From Callorhinchus milii (lineage: Eukaryota): a stretch of 64,000 bases of DNA. A program made the translations under genes and the position numbers. The DNA lies in assembly GCF_018977255.1 (NCBI RefSeq), contig NW_024704742.1:109866001-109930000 (forward strand). Direction: 5' to 3'. Shown here piece by piece: positions 49,206-62,914 of this stretch. The notes under the pieces are model-generated. The model was not told where the DNA came from and searched no databases. It saw only the letters and a program-made list of their open reading frames with translations. Position 1 is the stretch's first letter. Each line of letters opens with the position of its first letter.

Positions 49206-50182
49206 TAATTGGTTTGCATTATAGTGTACAACTTTGTTACAATCATCAGCTTTTATTGTACTGAAAAGTTATAACAAAATACAGAGTGCGTGTTATCACA
49301 GATTACAAACTTCTGTATTTAATTATAAATCAGTTTTCGATTAAACTTAATCCTTATCCCATTTTTGTCCTTAATTATCAAGTCACTTCCTTAATCCATC
49401 ACCAGTAATTTTGTTCCTACTAAGGTCCACTCCAGAGGACTTTATTTAGTAATGTGAACTACACTACCCAAATATCACTACTACAACCGTTTTGCATTCA
49501 TTGAAAGTCTCCAGCACTGACAAAAGTGTTATCTAGTTTTGTTAAGGATAATGAAGCAATAAGATAACTTCCTATTTATACTTTAGTGTTTGCATCCTGT
49601 GACCACATTGCTTAAGTCAGGGCAGCATTGTATTTGAACTTTTTTATTCAATGTATTAGAATGATTCAATTTTGCTGTAATGTACATGCTTAGTGCATTA
49701 AAATAGTGATGCATCTTTAAAGATAGGCAGTTTTCTTTTCTCAATGTAGGAAAAGTTGCACTATGCCTTTTCATGAATGCTCTGACAGAGGATCCAGCAG
49801 AGACCAAAAAGATTGTGCAGAATTCTTAATTTCAGTCTCAAATTGTAAGAGGCTTAGCTTACAGGCTAAGACTAGGTAGAAAGGTAGGCCCAATGTACTT
49901 TCACGTACTTACCAATGTTCAATCTTTTTTTCAAGAAAAAAAACTTTTATTTTTAAAGTACTAACGTTTAATATTTCACTGGCTAAAAATTATTTTGATG
50001 AAATGTTATTTGTGGACTACATTTGGGCATGTGATAACCCAAAATAGAACATTTCGGAGCCTATCTAAATCCTTGCTTAGCTTAAAAACATTCAAACTTA
50101 GCAAATTCTCCAAACGTACTAAACGAGCCAAATTTCAATTTAGAAGGTAAATATACAGTACAGTTTCACGCACAAAATATGG

Positions 50183-50350
50183 TTTCGCCCATAAAATATA
50201 CAGGCAATTCACTTTACAGCATATTCTGTGAAGCGTTTTGAGACGTCTAGAAGACGTGAAAAGCGCCATATCAAATGCAAGGATTATTATTATTTGTATC
50301 GCGCATTTCACGTCGGGGGGACGTCCCAAGGCACTGTATTATTATTATTA
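50183..50350. mobile_element. SINE 3' end (+) with an L2-tail insertion (-) inside its ATT tail
   Basis: GGATTATTATTAT|TTGTATCGCGCATTTCACGTCGGGGGGACGTCCCAAGGCACTG|TATTATTATT. Confidence 0.75.
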
Positions 50351-51127
50351 CTGTCATTACAAGATTTCACTAAACAGATCTCTTTGTTATAAAACATGAA
50401 ACAAATTCATTCTTACAGGAATAGTTGTTTCATCCCTTTAAACAATGATGAATATATAATTTAAAAATGGTTATTGAATTCTTGAGGGATACAAAACTCT
50501 GGTCATACTTCAAGAAAGAATATTTCTTTTTTGCAACTTGTTCAGAGATTGTAATTTGATCAGAATGGTTTAAGCTATTTGTATGGATACTATTTGCCAC
50601 ACCATTTCAATGCATCAGAAGTAAGCTTGTTGCATTATTGACTAAGTTTAAGAATTACAATTTGGTGCTTGTTCTCAGTCAGTGCAATGTGCATAGTGGA
50701 TCAAGAGAGAATATACTTTTTAAAAAAAATGCAAAAGGGACAGAAGCAGTTTGGGACGCTTTGGGACATCCTCCCAATGTGAAAGCACTTTGAGACGTCC
50801 TCACGACGTGAAAGGCGCTCTATAAGTGTAATTTTGTTGTTGTGAAGAACAAATGCAGAGATAAAAGTGAAAGTAAATCACCTCAGTATAAAAAGAACGT
50901 AAAGGTACACTGAAGATTGAAACTCAAAATGAAAAGGATTATGTAATGTGTATTACTTTCCAAATCTTTTGATACTTGCACGAAAATAATTATTATATCA
51001 TCCATCATATTAACTCCACCCAACAAGATTTCATAGGTCAATACTTTGTACATTTTTAACTGGCATGAAATAATTTAAAAAACATTATGACTATGTTTCC
51101 TGGTAAATTGAAGAGGAAATCCCTGTA

Positions 51128-51496
51128 TAATAATAATAATAATCCTTGCATTTGATATAGCACTGTTGACATCTTTTAGAAGTCTCAAAGCGCTTCACAG
51201 ACTATACTGTAAAGTGAATTGACTGTGTATTTGTGGACGAAACACGGCACCAATTGCACACAGCAGTGTCCCTGTCGTGGATTGTGTGACCAAATTATTA
51301 TTGGATTGTTTTGAAGGATTATTTGCCCCAGAAAAACGATTACCAATCGACTAACAACCAGGTTCCTACTTACTGCTAGGTAAACAGAGGTGTGTGGAGT
51401 AAGAAAACCTGCCCAACATTTTGCTCTGCCGGGAATAGAACCCAGGTCTCTCACTTGCGAAGCAGGTGCTCTAACCACTGAGCTACAGGACTCCAC
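51128..51496 (-). mobile_element. Full-length tRNA-derived SINE, long subfamily
   Basis: Head ends GAGCTACAGGACTCCAC; middle segment present; AAT tail. Confidence 0.9.
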
Positions 51497-54400
51497 AAAT
51501 TAGTGTTAATCCTTCACTAAGGCGCTTCTGTGAGTTTGTCGGCGAGTTCTTTTCTACAAATTCCAGAATATTCAAATTTCTCAGTCCCTCTGTTTCTGAT
51601 CACAATTTTTTTTAAGTGCTGGCATAATTTTATATGCTAAGGCAACCAGCCTCAATGACTGTTCTAGATGCTCTTGCTGCAGGCTTTCCAAACTGCATCT
51701 AATAATCTTGTGCATAATATTTCATTTTAGCTTGGTTTCTAAGAGAACTAAGAAATATGAACCTACAGTGAGAGGAAGGTTCTTCACTGACAGTCTCAGT
51801 GATTGTGACGGCTCTGTTAGCTGCAGCTTGCTTCCTTTTTCCTTGTCTGCAAGTACAAAGAAAAGAGAAAGCAAAGGAGTGAGTGAGAGTTTAGACAGAA
51901 AATACGAGAAAGATATGGAAATTAGACAGAAAAGGCAGATCCAAAAGAAAACGTACAAGACAAAGAGCAATCATTTACTTTAAATCACACTAAATAATAC
52001 TGAAGCAGTTTAAAAAAATAATATCAAAACAATAACGACATACATAATGTTTGTACTTATTAAAGTTTCTTTCTCAATATTGTAATCCTCAAAAAAACTC
52101 TACCCAAAATGTGCGATTCAGTAATAATAAAGAAAATGTGCAACATGTCAATCCGCCACAAAAAAGAAAGTCATATTAACATTTTGGGTTTGACCCATAA
52201 GAACTGACTCCACCATTTTATATTCCCTTCTCTTTTTGGACTACAGCAATATGCATGCAGTGCCCCATTCTGATCAAAGATTGTATGTACTGAGTATCTC
52301 ATTGCTCATTCTCATTCACTAATGTTGTATCAATCAAGGCGATAGTAAATCCTGTATTCAGGATTTGAATGCTACTTTTTCTGTCAGTCTAAATAACTGG
52401 ACATGTGGGAATTAGTTGATCTTGGTATCGGAGTTGAGTCAGGGTTAAAATGGATTATGGGCAGGTTTTTCTCTCAAGGGATATCATTTCTCTAGAGTGA
52501 AATAAGCACAACTCAAGGTAAGATATTGAAAGGGAAGCCTCCTTCTCCCTACCTAAACATAGGGAAAGGGTCTATTTGCACCTTTTACTTATTTACTTAC
52601 AGTAGTCCAAGCTTCTCCAGATACTATTTGATGGAAAGATCCTCTTCTGTGAGCAAATGCATGAGTTGCTGGAGGGTTTTAAATACCCATTGCAAAGTGC
52701 TTTGGATACCGCCCAACATGATACTTGGGGGTGGATCCAATCTCCATGTGAGTTTGCCATGTCTACAGGCCAAAGAGGGTCAGCAGCCCTTAAATAGTTT
52801 TTGTTGTGGTGCTAAGGTTCTGTGCTGAGATCACAGACACTATGGCTGTGGTTCAATCATCATAGAAGTTCAAAAATAATCTTTCCGCAGGCTCCAACCT
52901 GCCTTGATTGCCCAGTGGTGTAAATTGTATAACTGTAGATCCTGTCTGATTTAATAGGAATCATAGAAGACTATAAGAAGTCAGGCATGTTAAGTACAGT
53001 ATAAACAAATCTTTTTTATTTCATCTTTTTACCTTCTATTTGATCTTTTATTCTTCTTTATTTTGCATTTGCCAAACACCCCTAAAAGCTCCATCACCAG
53101 TCGGTATGTTTTACCTGAGAATGATTACTCTGTTACGTTTGTTTTCAGGCTTTAACCCACGTGATATCTCCTGCTCTTTACTCAGTAAATTATTATTCTT
53201 TTTCTTTGTTTTAAATTCCTTATTTTTACAATTCAGTGTTTGACTCCTGCTGGTTTTAAAGTTTATTGTTCTTAGGTTCAATTCCCAGCAGTAAGAAAAT
53301 TCACGCTGTAGCCCTGAAGCTTCCTACCAGCATCACAGAGGAAGCACAGCCTCCCTTAGGTCTGTTATTGTGTACACTGTAGGCAACGAGGCTTCAGCAT
53401 TAACAATGGAGCAAGACCAACTGTGACTCAATGGAGAACGCACCAGTTCTTGTCAGGTCTATGGAATTGAGAAGTTTCATGATTTGCTCTAGTCACTGAA
53501 TGCCTTACCAGCTTTGATTACATTGCATAGCATTTCAACTTAACTTGGTCACACCAAAGAAAGGGATTTTTCATATGAAATTGAATGATGTATTTCTTGG
53601 AAAAGGCAAAAGCAAAGATTTTTAAAAATGTAGAGATTTCTAAAGATGCTGCCATTAAAGTCAATAGGCTGATCATGCATCATGAAATCAGGGTTTACAA
53701 ATAGAAATGTAAGATGATTTTCTGTATTCAAAGTGATTCACTAAACTAAAAAATATTTTAGGTGAACACTGGGCTTAGCTGTTTCTTTTAACTTTTACCA
53801 TTTGCTGAAATGTCTTGAATAAGCCAGGTTCTAACCAGATTCTCAGTTTATCAGCGATTGCTCTGTAAGAGCCCTTCACACCTCAATCAAAGAATTATAT
53901 AGTGTATGAATTATTATCATTACACAAGGTATTATTACAGCGACTTTGAAATAAGGATACTGATTTAGGAGAATTGTGCATCATTGCATAGTAGTTTAAT
54001 ATGATGTTTTATTTAGCAGATAGGATTCCAATATGGACAACCATTTCTGCTCAGCATATTACCGTAATTTATACATTACATTCAACACTAGAACAAACAA
54101 AGAAAAAGAAACATGTTCTCATTTTCTAACCTTGTTCTCTAAGATTCTGNTTTTTTTAGTAAATTATTTTATCTCACTTTGCTTATTCTAATTCTTCCTG
54201 TTATTTTACTAATACTACGCAAGTGAGTGAGAAGGCAAAAGTGAAATGCCAAGCAAGGAAAAGGGGTTAGGGGCGTAGCGACTGAAGGCTTGATCACCAA
54301 TGATCCAGTCAGTAAAAGACAAGATGACAGTTTCTTGTTTTTCCTTCCTCCCTGTGGGGAAGGTGTCTGGCATCTGCTAGGCATCTATCCTTAATAGCAC

Positions 54401-56483
54401 AGCTAAGAACAGGAAGTCATCATATGAGGAATTGTGGGCATGCATCTGTATCCTACTACGTACTGTGTGACACTCTGACTTCAAGCAGCATCACCGTTGA
54501 AAATGCCCTTTTTTGTAAACTGATATAATTCAACTCACAATTATACCAATATTTAGAATACAGAATATTACAATTCAGGAAGTTTGCAGGAATTTTACTG
54601 CTCATTTTTTTCTTAAAAACATATTTGTGTCCAAATGTCCCTTCATATATATAGTTTTAAATGATGTAACATCAGATGCTGACAAAAGAAAATACTTCTA
54701 CAAATGAAAAACTTCCCATTATGTCAGTTGTTTTAAAATAACTCATTAGATTGTACAAGAGTCATCTTGGATTAAAATTACATCCCTTATACAGCACATT
54801 AGGATCAGCCCGTGACCACCAACTATCCTGACACCTGAACACATTTGACAGATAAATTGCAAAGTGTAGTCTGACCCTAATTACTAAATTCTGACCCAGG
54901 CCAATTCTAAAGAACTTTTAAACCTAGTTGCACATGTGCAGAGCTCTCCACAGCTCCAGCAATAGTGATTTGGAGCTGGTAAGTGTATATTTAGCTTCCT
55001 GCTGCAAATCACTCTTCTGTTGGAAAGATACACTTTTGCTGGTGGTGGTGCTAGCAGATTCCCATTATGTCCAGCAGTTTTAGTCATTACCAAGAAAAAA
55101 AACATATGTGATGGATATTTCTTAGAAATCATCACACCTGTTTTATATTGGAAGTATTATTTATGTCAAGTTAATAGCTTTCCATAGAATCTGAATCTAT
55201 GGCCCTTTCTACAGCAGGATTATAATATATTTAACACCTAGACACTAGGCTGTCCATCTTGCTAAATTCATTTCTTTATTCTGAATTATGATTACCAGAC
55301 TAGTAAAATAATGAGCTCATGATTGCAACATGATCCCAGTGGGTGGCCAGAATGCAGAAAACATTTACTTTGAGACCCAAACACAGATACTAATACAAAA
55401 CAGACTCAAAAAGTTTCCACACAATTTTAAATTCCAAATTCCCCACTCTCAGTATTATGATGTCTCAATTACTAATCTCAGAAGCCCGGAATTTAGCATG
55501 GGGGCAAATAATATAGTTGCAACTGCAAGTAAAGGTGATTGGAACAATATCTTTCTGACAAGGCATTTTAATGAGGAATAGATTGTTGTCTAATTTTCCA
55601 ATGACTTGAATATTGCATCATGTCACAATTTTATAAGGTTATGTTATCTAATTTTCAAATAATCTTGTATTCAGTATCACACCAGGAAAATTCTCAAATT
55701 AGGCAATTAAACTCAGACACAAACAGAAAACTTTGGAAGGTGTTGACTTGTGGTGATGCTATCAAACCATATTCAGGTGTTGCTTTTCAGTGCCTCTCGG
55801 TTTACTTCCTGAAACTATAAGATTCTAAATCTTTTTATCTTTCTGTGAATAGTTCTGAGTGCATTGTCAAACTGGGATCATTACTTAAGGCAGATAAATA
55901 TGTGTGTTGATAACTGATCCTACTGAGTTGATCCCATTAAAATAGTTTCTGTGAAATTTAAAGTACTGTGCATCAATTACTCTATAAATAAATTTAGAGA
56001 ATCAGTTCTGATTTATGATAATGTCATTGTATGAAGATAAATCAGAATTGTTTTGGGATCAATTTTAATTTGTAAATTCTGTTTTGCTTTATCTAATAAC
56101 CGTGTTCTGGATTAAATCCAGATTTTATTTTGTAATATTGTCCTTTGAATATTTTATCCCCGACTTAGTCTGGATCTATTATATTTATGTGTTTCTGCTG
56201 GCCTCTGTTTTTGTTGTTTGTTGTTAAATTTTTCTTTTTGTACATGAAAGAGCAATGCATATATATGTGCATTGCTCAGAAATTGTCTATGCATCAATAA
56301 ATTCTGGAAAAAACAATAAAAAGTATTTACTGATTTACAGCTGTTCAAATCACTTCCTGATAGGAAATCTCTAATTAAAAAAACCCAAGAAATGTCTTAA
56401 TTTCAGGATGGAAAAAAATATTGGTTAGTTAAGTATTCAAACTCTTAACTGGGTCTAAAAGTACATCTATTTTTATTTTCCAG

Positions 56484-56568
56484 CACTGTCGTAATTGGGT
56501 GTCAAGCTCTGAACCTTTGGACGCACCAGTAGAATCCATGTTACCAGACTGTCCACGAGTCTCTGCAG
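56484..56568 (+). CDS. FAM172A: FAM172A/ARB2A coding exon, probably penultimate (85 nt, phase 0/1)
   Basis: TTTTATTTTCCAG acceptor, GTAAAT donor at 56569. Translates [28 protein letters not shown](G), matching recalled human [29 protein letters not shown]. Confidence 0.95.
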
Positions 56569-57045
56569 GTAAATAAAGATACAGTGAACAGATATGTTGC
56601 CTACTTGAAGGGGAAGTCTATTGTGTTGACTTGTACAAAGTATTAGATGCTTGTTGATACCCATTTAATCTGTACCCCTTCAGGAGAGGAGGGTAGAAAC
56701 AAGATAGATAAGTATTTTAAAATACGTTTAGATATTCAGGGTTTCTGACAAAAGTTGAAAAAGAATTGTATGTCACTTGTGAGGTCTTATGTTGAATAGA
56801 AGGATATTGTATGTGCTGAAGAGGGTTTGAAAAAGAGGGAGAATGGTAATTCTGAGACAGAGCTCTTAAATTATGTGGATTGACAGATAGTTGAACATGT
56901 CATCAGTCAAAATTAGATTGATAGAGATTATAATTGAAGGAGGTTAAAATAATGAGCAGAAAACTTGTATAGATATAGAAAAGCTATTTGTAGAGTCAAA
57001 CTGTGAGCTGAGTAGTGGAGGATGCATAGGTGTAAAATAAACCAT

Positions 57046-57330
57046 AACAATTTACATACAGTAGTCATGAGATTCTCTCAAAGTTCTTCACACAGCTGAT
57101 TTGGAGTCTAATTGGCCAGTGTGTGGGGGTGGGGGGAGAGAGATGGTAGTCAAAAAGAGGTATTAAGGCAGGTTTTGAAGGCAGGGAGAGAGGTGGTAAA
57201 ACAGAGGGATGTTCCAGAGAGTATTTGAAGGTTCATCCACTAATGGTGGGATGGATCGGGCGAGCAACATGAAGCAGATCAGGGTATGCTGGACAGATGG
57301 AGCGGCCTAGGGAGTAAGATAAACATTCCT
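57046..57330 (-). mobile_element. Old L2 3' fragment
   Basis: GCAGGTTTTGAAGGCAGGGAGAG and GTTCCAGAG (reverse-strand FK..L and LWN motifs). Confidence 0.55.
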
Positions 57331-58229
57331 CAAGTGAGTAGATATTGCTGTCATCTTTCTGCCCACAACTCGGACATGCATCCCTTCCCATTGAGCGATG
57401 GTTCCACTAGTTGGAGGTGTGGAGCTTGAGCTGCTTGCCTCTGTAAACCAATCAAGGTGGATTCCAAACCCTGAATATACAAACAAGTGTTCGCAAACCC
57501 AAACTCCGGGTAACACCTTCCAGCAGCTGTCCCAACCCCAAGCTTCAGAATTTCCTCATCACTAAAATGACGGACATCTGCTATCAGCATAGTGAGAAGA
57601 CCTTTAAAGTGACAGTTTGTGATATGCCATCTTAGGGGATGCATAGAAGTAAAATAAAAAACAATTTACATAGTGCTTTCCACGACATGAGATTGTCTCA
57701 GAGTTCTTCACACAGTTGACTGGGAGCCTAATCAAGAGGGGGACGTTGATGTTCTTGAGGTAGAAGCCCAATGCCGCACACCAATCTTACTCAGCACAAG
57801 CTGCTTAATCCAAGTCCTCATTTGAGGAGCTTTGGCAAATAGCCGTGTCTGCTGTGAAGCCGCCTCTGGCTCCAGGGTGCTCAGCGACACATCAGTGTAG
57901 AACGGAGCCCTCCCTCCCTGCAGCCGCTTATGCAAAGGGGAACATTGTCTGCAGTGGACAGAAAGCCACATAGTGGAGATGTAGGAATTGGTGAATATTT
58001 GTATGTTTTGTTTTGATAACTTTTGAGATCAGGAAGTATTTGTTCAGAACTTTTCTTTAGAAAATTGAAATGGTGGGACCCAGTTCATGATAGGATAAAT
58101 TGTATATGGTCTGTGGAAAGAGGGAATGTATTAGGCGTTTTTTGTTGTGTGCTTTTTTTATAATTATATTCTTAATAGCCAGTCGAGTGGACTAATCTTA
58201 CTCAGCACAAGCTGGGTAAAATTAGCATT

Positions 58230-60847
58230 TTGCCCCCCCAAATCCTCCCCCACCTTCATCTCTGACATCTCCACCCTTCTAGCTTCCCTCTGCCTCTGCT
58301 CCGACCGCCTCATCATCCTACAACAACAACAACAAAATTATATTTATAGAGCACCTTTCATGTCGGGAGGACGTCCCAAAGCGCTGAAATCCTAGGCGAC
58401 TTCAACCTCCACTTCACCCCCCACCCTTGCTCCACCTCCTCAGATTTCTCCTCTCTCCTCTCCTCTCTCAACTTCTCCCTCCACATCCACTCTGCTACCC
58501 ACGTTCACGGCCACCCGCTCGACTTGGTGATCACCCGGGGCCTCAGCGTCTCGGATGTCACCATCACCGACAAGGCCATCTCTGACCATCATTTTATCTC
58601 CTTCAACTCTATATCCCTCTCCCCACTGCCTCCAAACCTACCACCATCTTCTACTGCCCGTGGAAGAAGATCTCCCCGCAAGCCCTGGAATCCTCCTCCC
58701 CCTCTGGCCCATCTCCCGCACCAACCCACCTTCTGCGCTTACTCCTCCACAACACCGTCTCCACCCGGAGGAAGCCCTTGCCCCCCTTACCTCCCGAACT
58801 GCCTCCTATTCCCAATCCTCACCCTGGTTCAACAGCGACCTCCGCTCGCTCAAGCGCCAGGTGGGGGCTGCCGAACGCACTTGGCTCAAATCCAGCCTAA
58901 CGGTCGACTGACACACCTGGTTGGAGACATCAAAAACCTACCGCTCCGCTCTCGCCTCGGCCACATCATCCAGGTTAATCCTGGAGGCGGAGGGCAACTC
59001 CAGGCTCCTGTTCTCCACCGCCAACCAGCTCCTCCGCCTTCCCCGCCACGCCTCGCAGATTCTTTCCTCCGACTCCCACTGCGAGGAAATGCTGGACTTC
59101 CTCAAATCCAAAATCAAGGGAACCCACTCAGCTGCCACTGCCCTCCCAACATCCATCCCTCCCTACCCCCCCTCCAGACTCCAACCACTACCCATCCCTC
59201 CTTCCACACCTTTGAACCTGTCACCCCCTCCTCTGTCATCACCACCATATCCTCCATGAAGCTCACCACCTGGTCACTGGACCCCATCTCCACCCCTCTC
59301 CTTAAATCCCAGCTCCACCTCCCTGCCCCACTACTCGCCGACATCCTCAACCTCTCCCTGTCATCTGGCACTGTTCCTTCTCCCCTCAAAACAGCCACTA
59401 TCACCCCCACCTTGAAGAAACCTTCCCTCGACCCATCACAGCTATCCAGCTACCAGCCCATCTCCCACCTCCCTTTTCTGCCTAAGGTCCTCGAGGGATC
59501 CGTTAACTCCCAGCTTCGCTCTTTCCTCTCCTCCCACTCCCTCCATGAACTCCTCCAATCGGGTTTCCGTGCTGCTCTAGTCAAGGTCACAAATGACATC
59601 CTGACCATGTGTGATCAGGGCTTCTTCTGTCTCCTCGTCCTCCTCGACCTCGCCACCGCCTTTGATACTGTGGACCACTCAATCCTCCTCCGCCGCCTCT
59701 CCTCCCACCTCAACTTTCAAGGTTCTGTCCTTGACTGGTTCAGGTCCTATCTTTCACACCGCCTCCACTTTGTCTCTGCAAACGGCTTCTCCTCCAGCCC
59801 CCGCTCCGTCTCATGCGGACTCTGTCCTCGGTCTCCTCCTCTTCACCCTCTACATGCTCCCCCTTGGTGACATCATTGGCAGACATGGGGTAAATTTACC
59901 CATGTATACGGATGACACCCAACTCTATCTCTCTGCCTCCACCCTCAACTCCAGGTCTACTGACCGATATCAAGTTTTGGACCAGGGACAACTTTCTCCA
60001 ACTGAATGTCAGCAAGACCGAGGCCCTCCAGCGCCTCCGCAACTCGGACGCTGGCAGTATCAGCATCCATGGCTGCACACTCAACCTCACTAAGCCAGTC
60101 GGGAACCTGTCTTGTTTGATTCCGAACTGTCCTTTCTCTCCCCCATCCGCGCCATGACCTGCACTGCCTACCACCACCTTTGCAACATTGCCAGATTCCC
60201 GCACTGCCTCACCCCTTAGGCTGCCGAAACCCTTACCCATGCATTCATCACCTTAAGGCTTGATTATGGAAACTCCCTACTCATCAATCTCCCAACTCTT
60301 CCCTTCACAAGCTGCAGATCATCCAAAACGCTGCAGTTCGTGTACTCTCGCACATCAGGCTCTGCGACCCCATCAGCCCCACCCTCGCCCGACTCCACTG
60401 GCTCCCCATCCCTCAGAGGATCGAATTCAAGATCCTCATCATCACTTTCAAGACGATCCATGGCCTTGCCCCCTCTTACCTTTCTGACCTGCTGACTCCC
60501 TACCAACCTGCCCGCTCCCTCAGTTCAGTGGGCTCTGGCCTGCTCCATGTCTCCTGCCCGACCCGCCCTACCATCGGTGGCCGAGCTTTCAGTCTCTCTG
60601 CCCCCGCACTCTGGAACTCCATCCCATGGTCCCTTCGCCTCAGTTCCTCCCTTGCCTCCTTCAAGGCCGGTCTCAAGACCCTCCTCTTCGATCATGCCTT
60701 CAGTCACCCTCTCACCTCTCTGCCTTCCCTCATCCCTACCCCACCCCTCCCCCATGCTCGGGTCCTGACCCCTGACTGTCCAGCGACTTGGGATGTCCTC
60801 CAGATGTGAAAGGCGCTCTATAAATATAATTTGGTTGTTGTTGTTGT
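58230..60847 (+). mobile_element. L2 LINE, about 2.6 kb, decayed endonuclease-RT ORF2 and 3'UTR
   Basis: Endonuclease motifs LIILGDFN (split by an insert), GHPLDLVITRG, SDHHFISF; RT motifs [37 protein letters not shown]; (TTG)n tail. Confidence 0.95.
58321..58388 (-). mobile_element. 68-nt L2-tail-only insertion with ATCCTA target-site duplication
   Basis: ATCCTA at 58315-58320 and 58389-58394; removing the insert restores LIILGDFN. Confidence 0.9.
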
Positions 60848-62499
60848 TAATGACCTGCAGCTCTCCTTTCTCTGTGTGGCTCTTGGGTCGCAGGTAGAAA
60901 ACAGACAATTCCTCAACATCAGAGCAGGTGGTGTTGGCCCTCTGCCAAATTATTCTTTGGTGAGGGGAATACACTTATCACTGTAAGATCCATCCATGAT
61001 TGATTCATGATTACACCAACCAAGCTGGATTGTCAGTAGGTGTTGAAGAGAATAGAATTCTTTGCTCCTCTTTTATACATTTGGCTAATTTACCAATAAA
61101 TCAATTTTCATCTTACAATATTTTGAACTATATTAAGTGACGTGAGTTGCTTGATCGACAGGATGCACATTAACTAATGCACAGTATTTCAGGAGACATT
61201 TCAGGGGAAATTTGTACAACACAGAGCATAGATACAACAGTCAGAACAGAGTGAAATAAATGGAAACTGCTTGATGCAAATGGACAACATTTGAGCCAAA
61301 GTTAGCCTTTTTTTTAAAAAAACGTGAAAACAAGGGTAACAAGACTGTGAAACTTGAGAGAAACATGCATTTTCATCTACTGGTGTCTGAGATGGTTTTT
61401 CAATTTAACTTTTAAGATTATGAACAGCAACAAAAAAAGAAAATTCTGAGGTGTTTGTAGAATGTTGTTGAAATGCTTATAAATACTTGATAGCGCTGTA
61501 TATCTATGCTGCAGCACTAATGTCCATATCAAATTGGTCATTCATATCGAACATGGTCATGAGTCTCACAGTCACACTCTATTCTGCCAGCTCCTGCTGC
61601 TAGCTGTCCTACTGTTTCATTACAGTCTTCTTATTATCAGCATTCCATTGTCTGACTATTTATTAATTATCTAAGCCATGCAAGAGGAAAGCATGGCAAA
61701 CTTAATATACTGATTATATAAGTGTGAATTATTTTTTCACTTTTTAGTGGAAATTGAAATTACAGATACCGTGTTGTAGAAGGGGCACTGTTAAAATGGC
61801 CACCAGTTAGCACTTCCAGATCGTCACGTCATCATCGACGTTACTTCCTGCACACAAGCAATGAGCAGGAAGTTGGCAATGACTTTTGTGAATATTTCCA
61901 GCTGCTGCTAGGACACCAGGAGAACTTCTGCTCGCTATACACAAGAAGCCAGCTAGTCAGCAGTGGCAGCCAGAAGTGTACTGGGTCTGGTATACCACGG
62001 GATTCACAGCGCAACCGTGTAGTAAGCAGGCCAGTGCTATACTGTGGGATCAGGCTGTACTTCCTTCCAACACTGTGTTACAAAACCAAGCATCAGAGCA
62101 ATTCCGATTGGGTTTCATAATTTACTACAAGTTTTATTTAATTGTGTCCATTTCCAGCACAACCACAAGAAGTTTCAGTAAAGTCGCTAATGCGATCAGT
62201 AGAAGTGATGTGAAGTTGTTCCTGGCAAATGTTAGTTCCCACTATTGGCTTGCTCCTGCAATTAGGAAGAGCAGACTACAAGTTGAGGTGATGGCACAGC
62301 TCGTTCTTAATGCTCCATTATATTCACACGTTTTGCATGTGCACAGTTTCCAAAAGGGAATGCTTGCCACTTGAGGACATCATTAGGACTGATCTCATGA
62401 GAATTTCATGCTGGACCTGCGCGGAACTAAAAAAACAAGAAAAGAATCTTGGCCAACGTGCCTTCATCTTTTTTGATGGTTTCAACTTTACCTCACCAA

Positions 62500-62914
62500 A
62501 TTCCACAGATCCCACATCAGGGTCCACAGACCAGACACCCATGTTCTTGCCCTCATCCTTATCTTTGGAAGTCTCCGTGGCCTGACCCCCATCTCTCTAT
62601 CAGAATTGCTGTGACAAACTCCACCAGACACTCCTTCCACTTCACCTGCTTCATTGCATTCATCCCCTCCACCTTACCATTGGCAGATGAGTTTTCAACC
62701 GCTTTGCTCCCACCCTCTAGAACTTCCCAAATCACTCTCATTTAAGGCTTGAAGAACTCATCTAAAAAAAAATCTATTTGACTGTGCTTTGGCCACATCT
62801 CCCCTAACCTTCATGTCACCTTCTTTGCTCAGACTCCTGCTCGGCTTTTGAAAAGAACTTTGAAATGTTCTCCCTAAATGAAAGACACTGCATGTGTAAA
62901 TTGTTATTGTTGTT
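62500..62914 (+). mobile_element. Old L2 3' fragment
   Basis: GAGTTTTCAACCGCTTTGCTCCCACCCTCTAGAAC motif and TTG tail. Confidence 0.6.

Noticed and set aside
57398..57565. Short + strand ORF (MVPLVGGVELELL...) as an exon or retrogene
   Set aside because: No recognisable homology or convincing splice context.
58524..59870. 448-aa proline-rich ORF as a novel protein
   Set aside because: It is frameshifted L2 ORF2; the C-rich strand is simply poor in stop codons.
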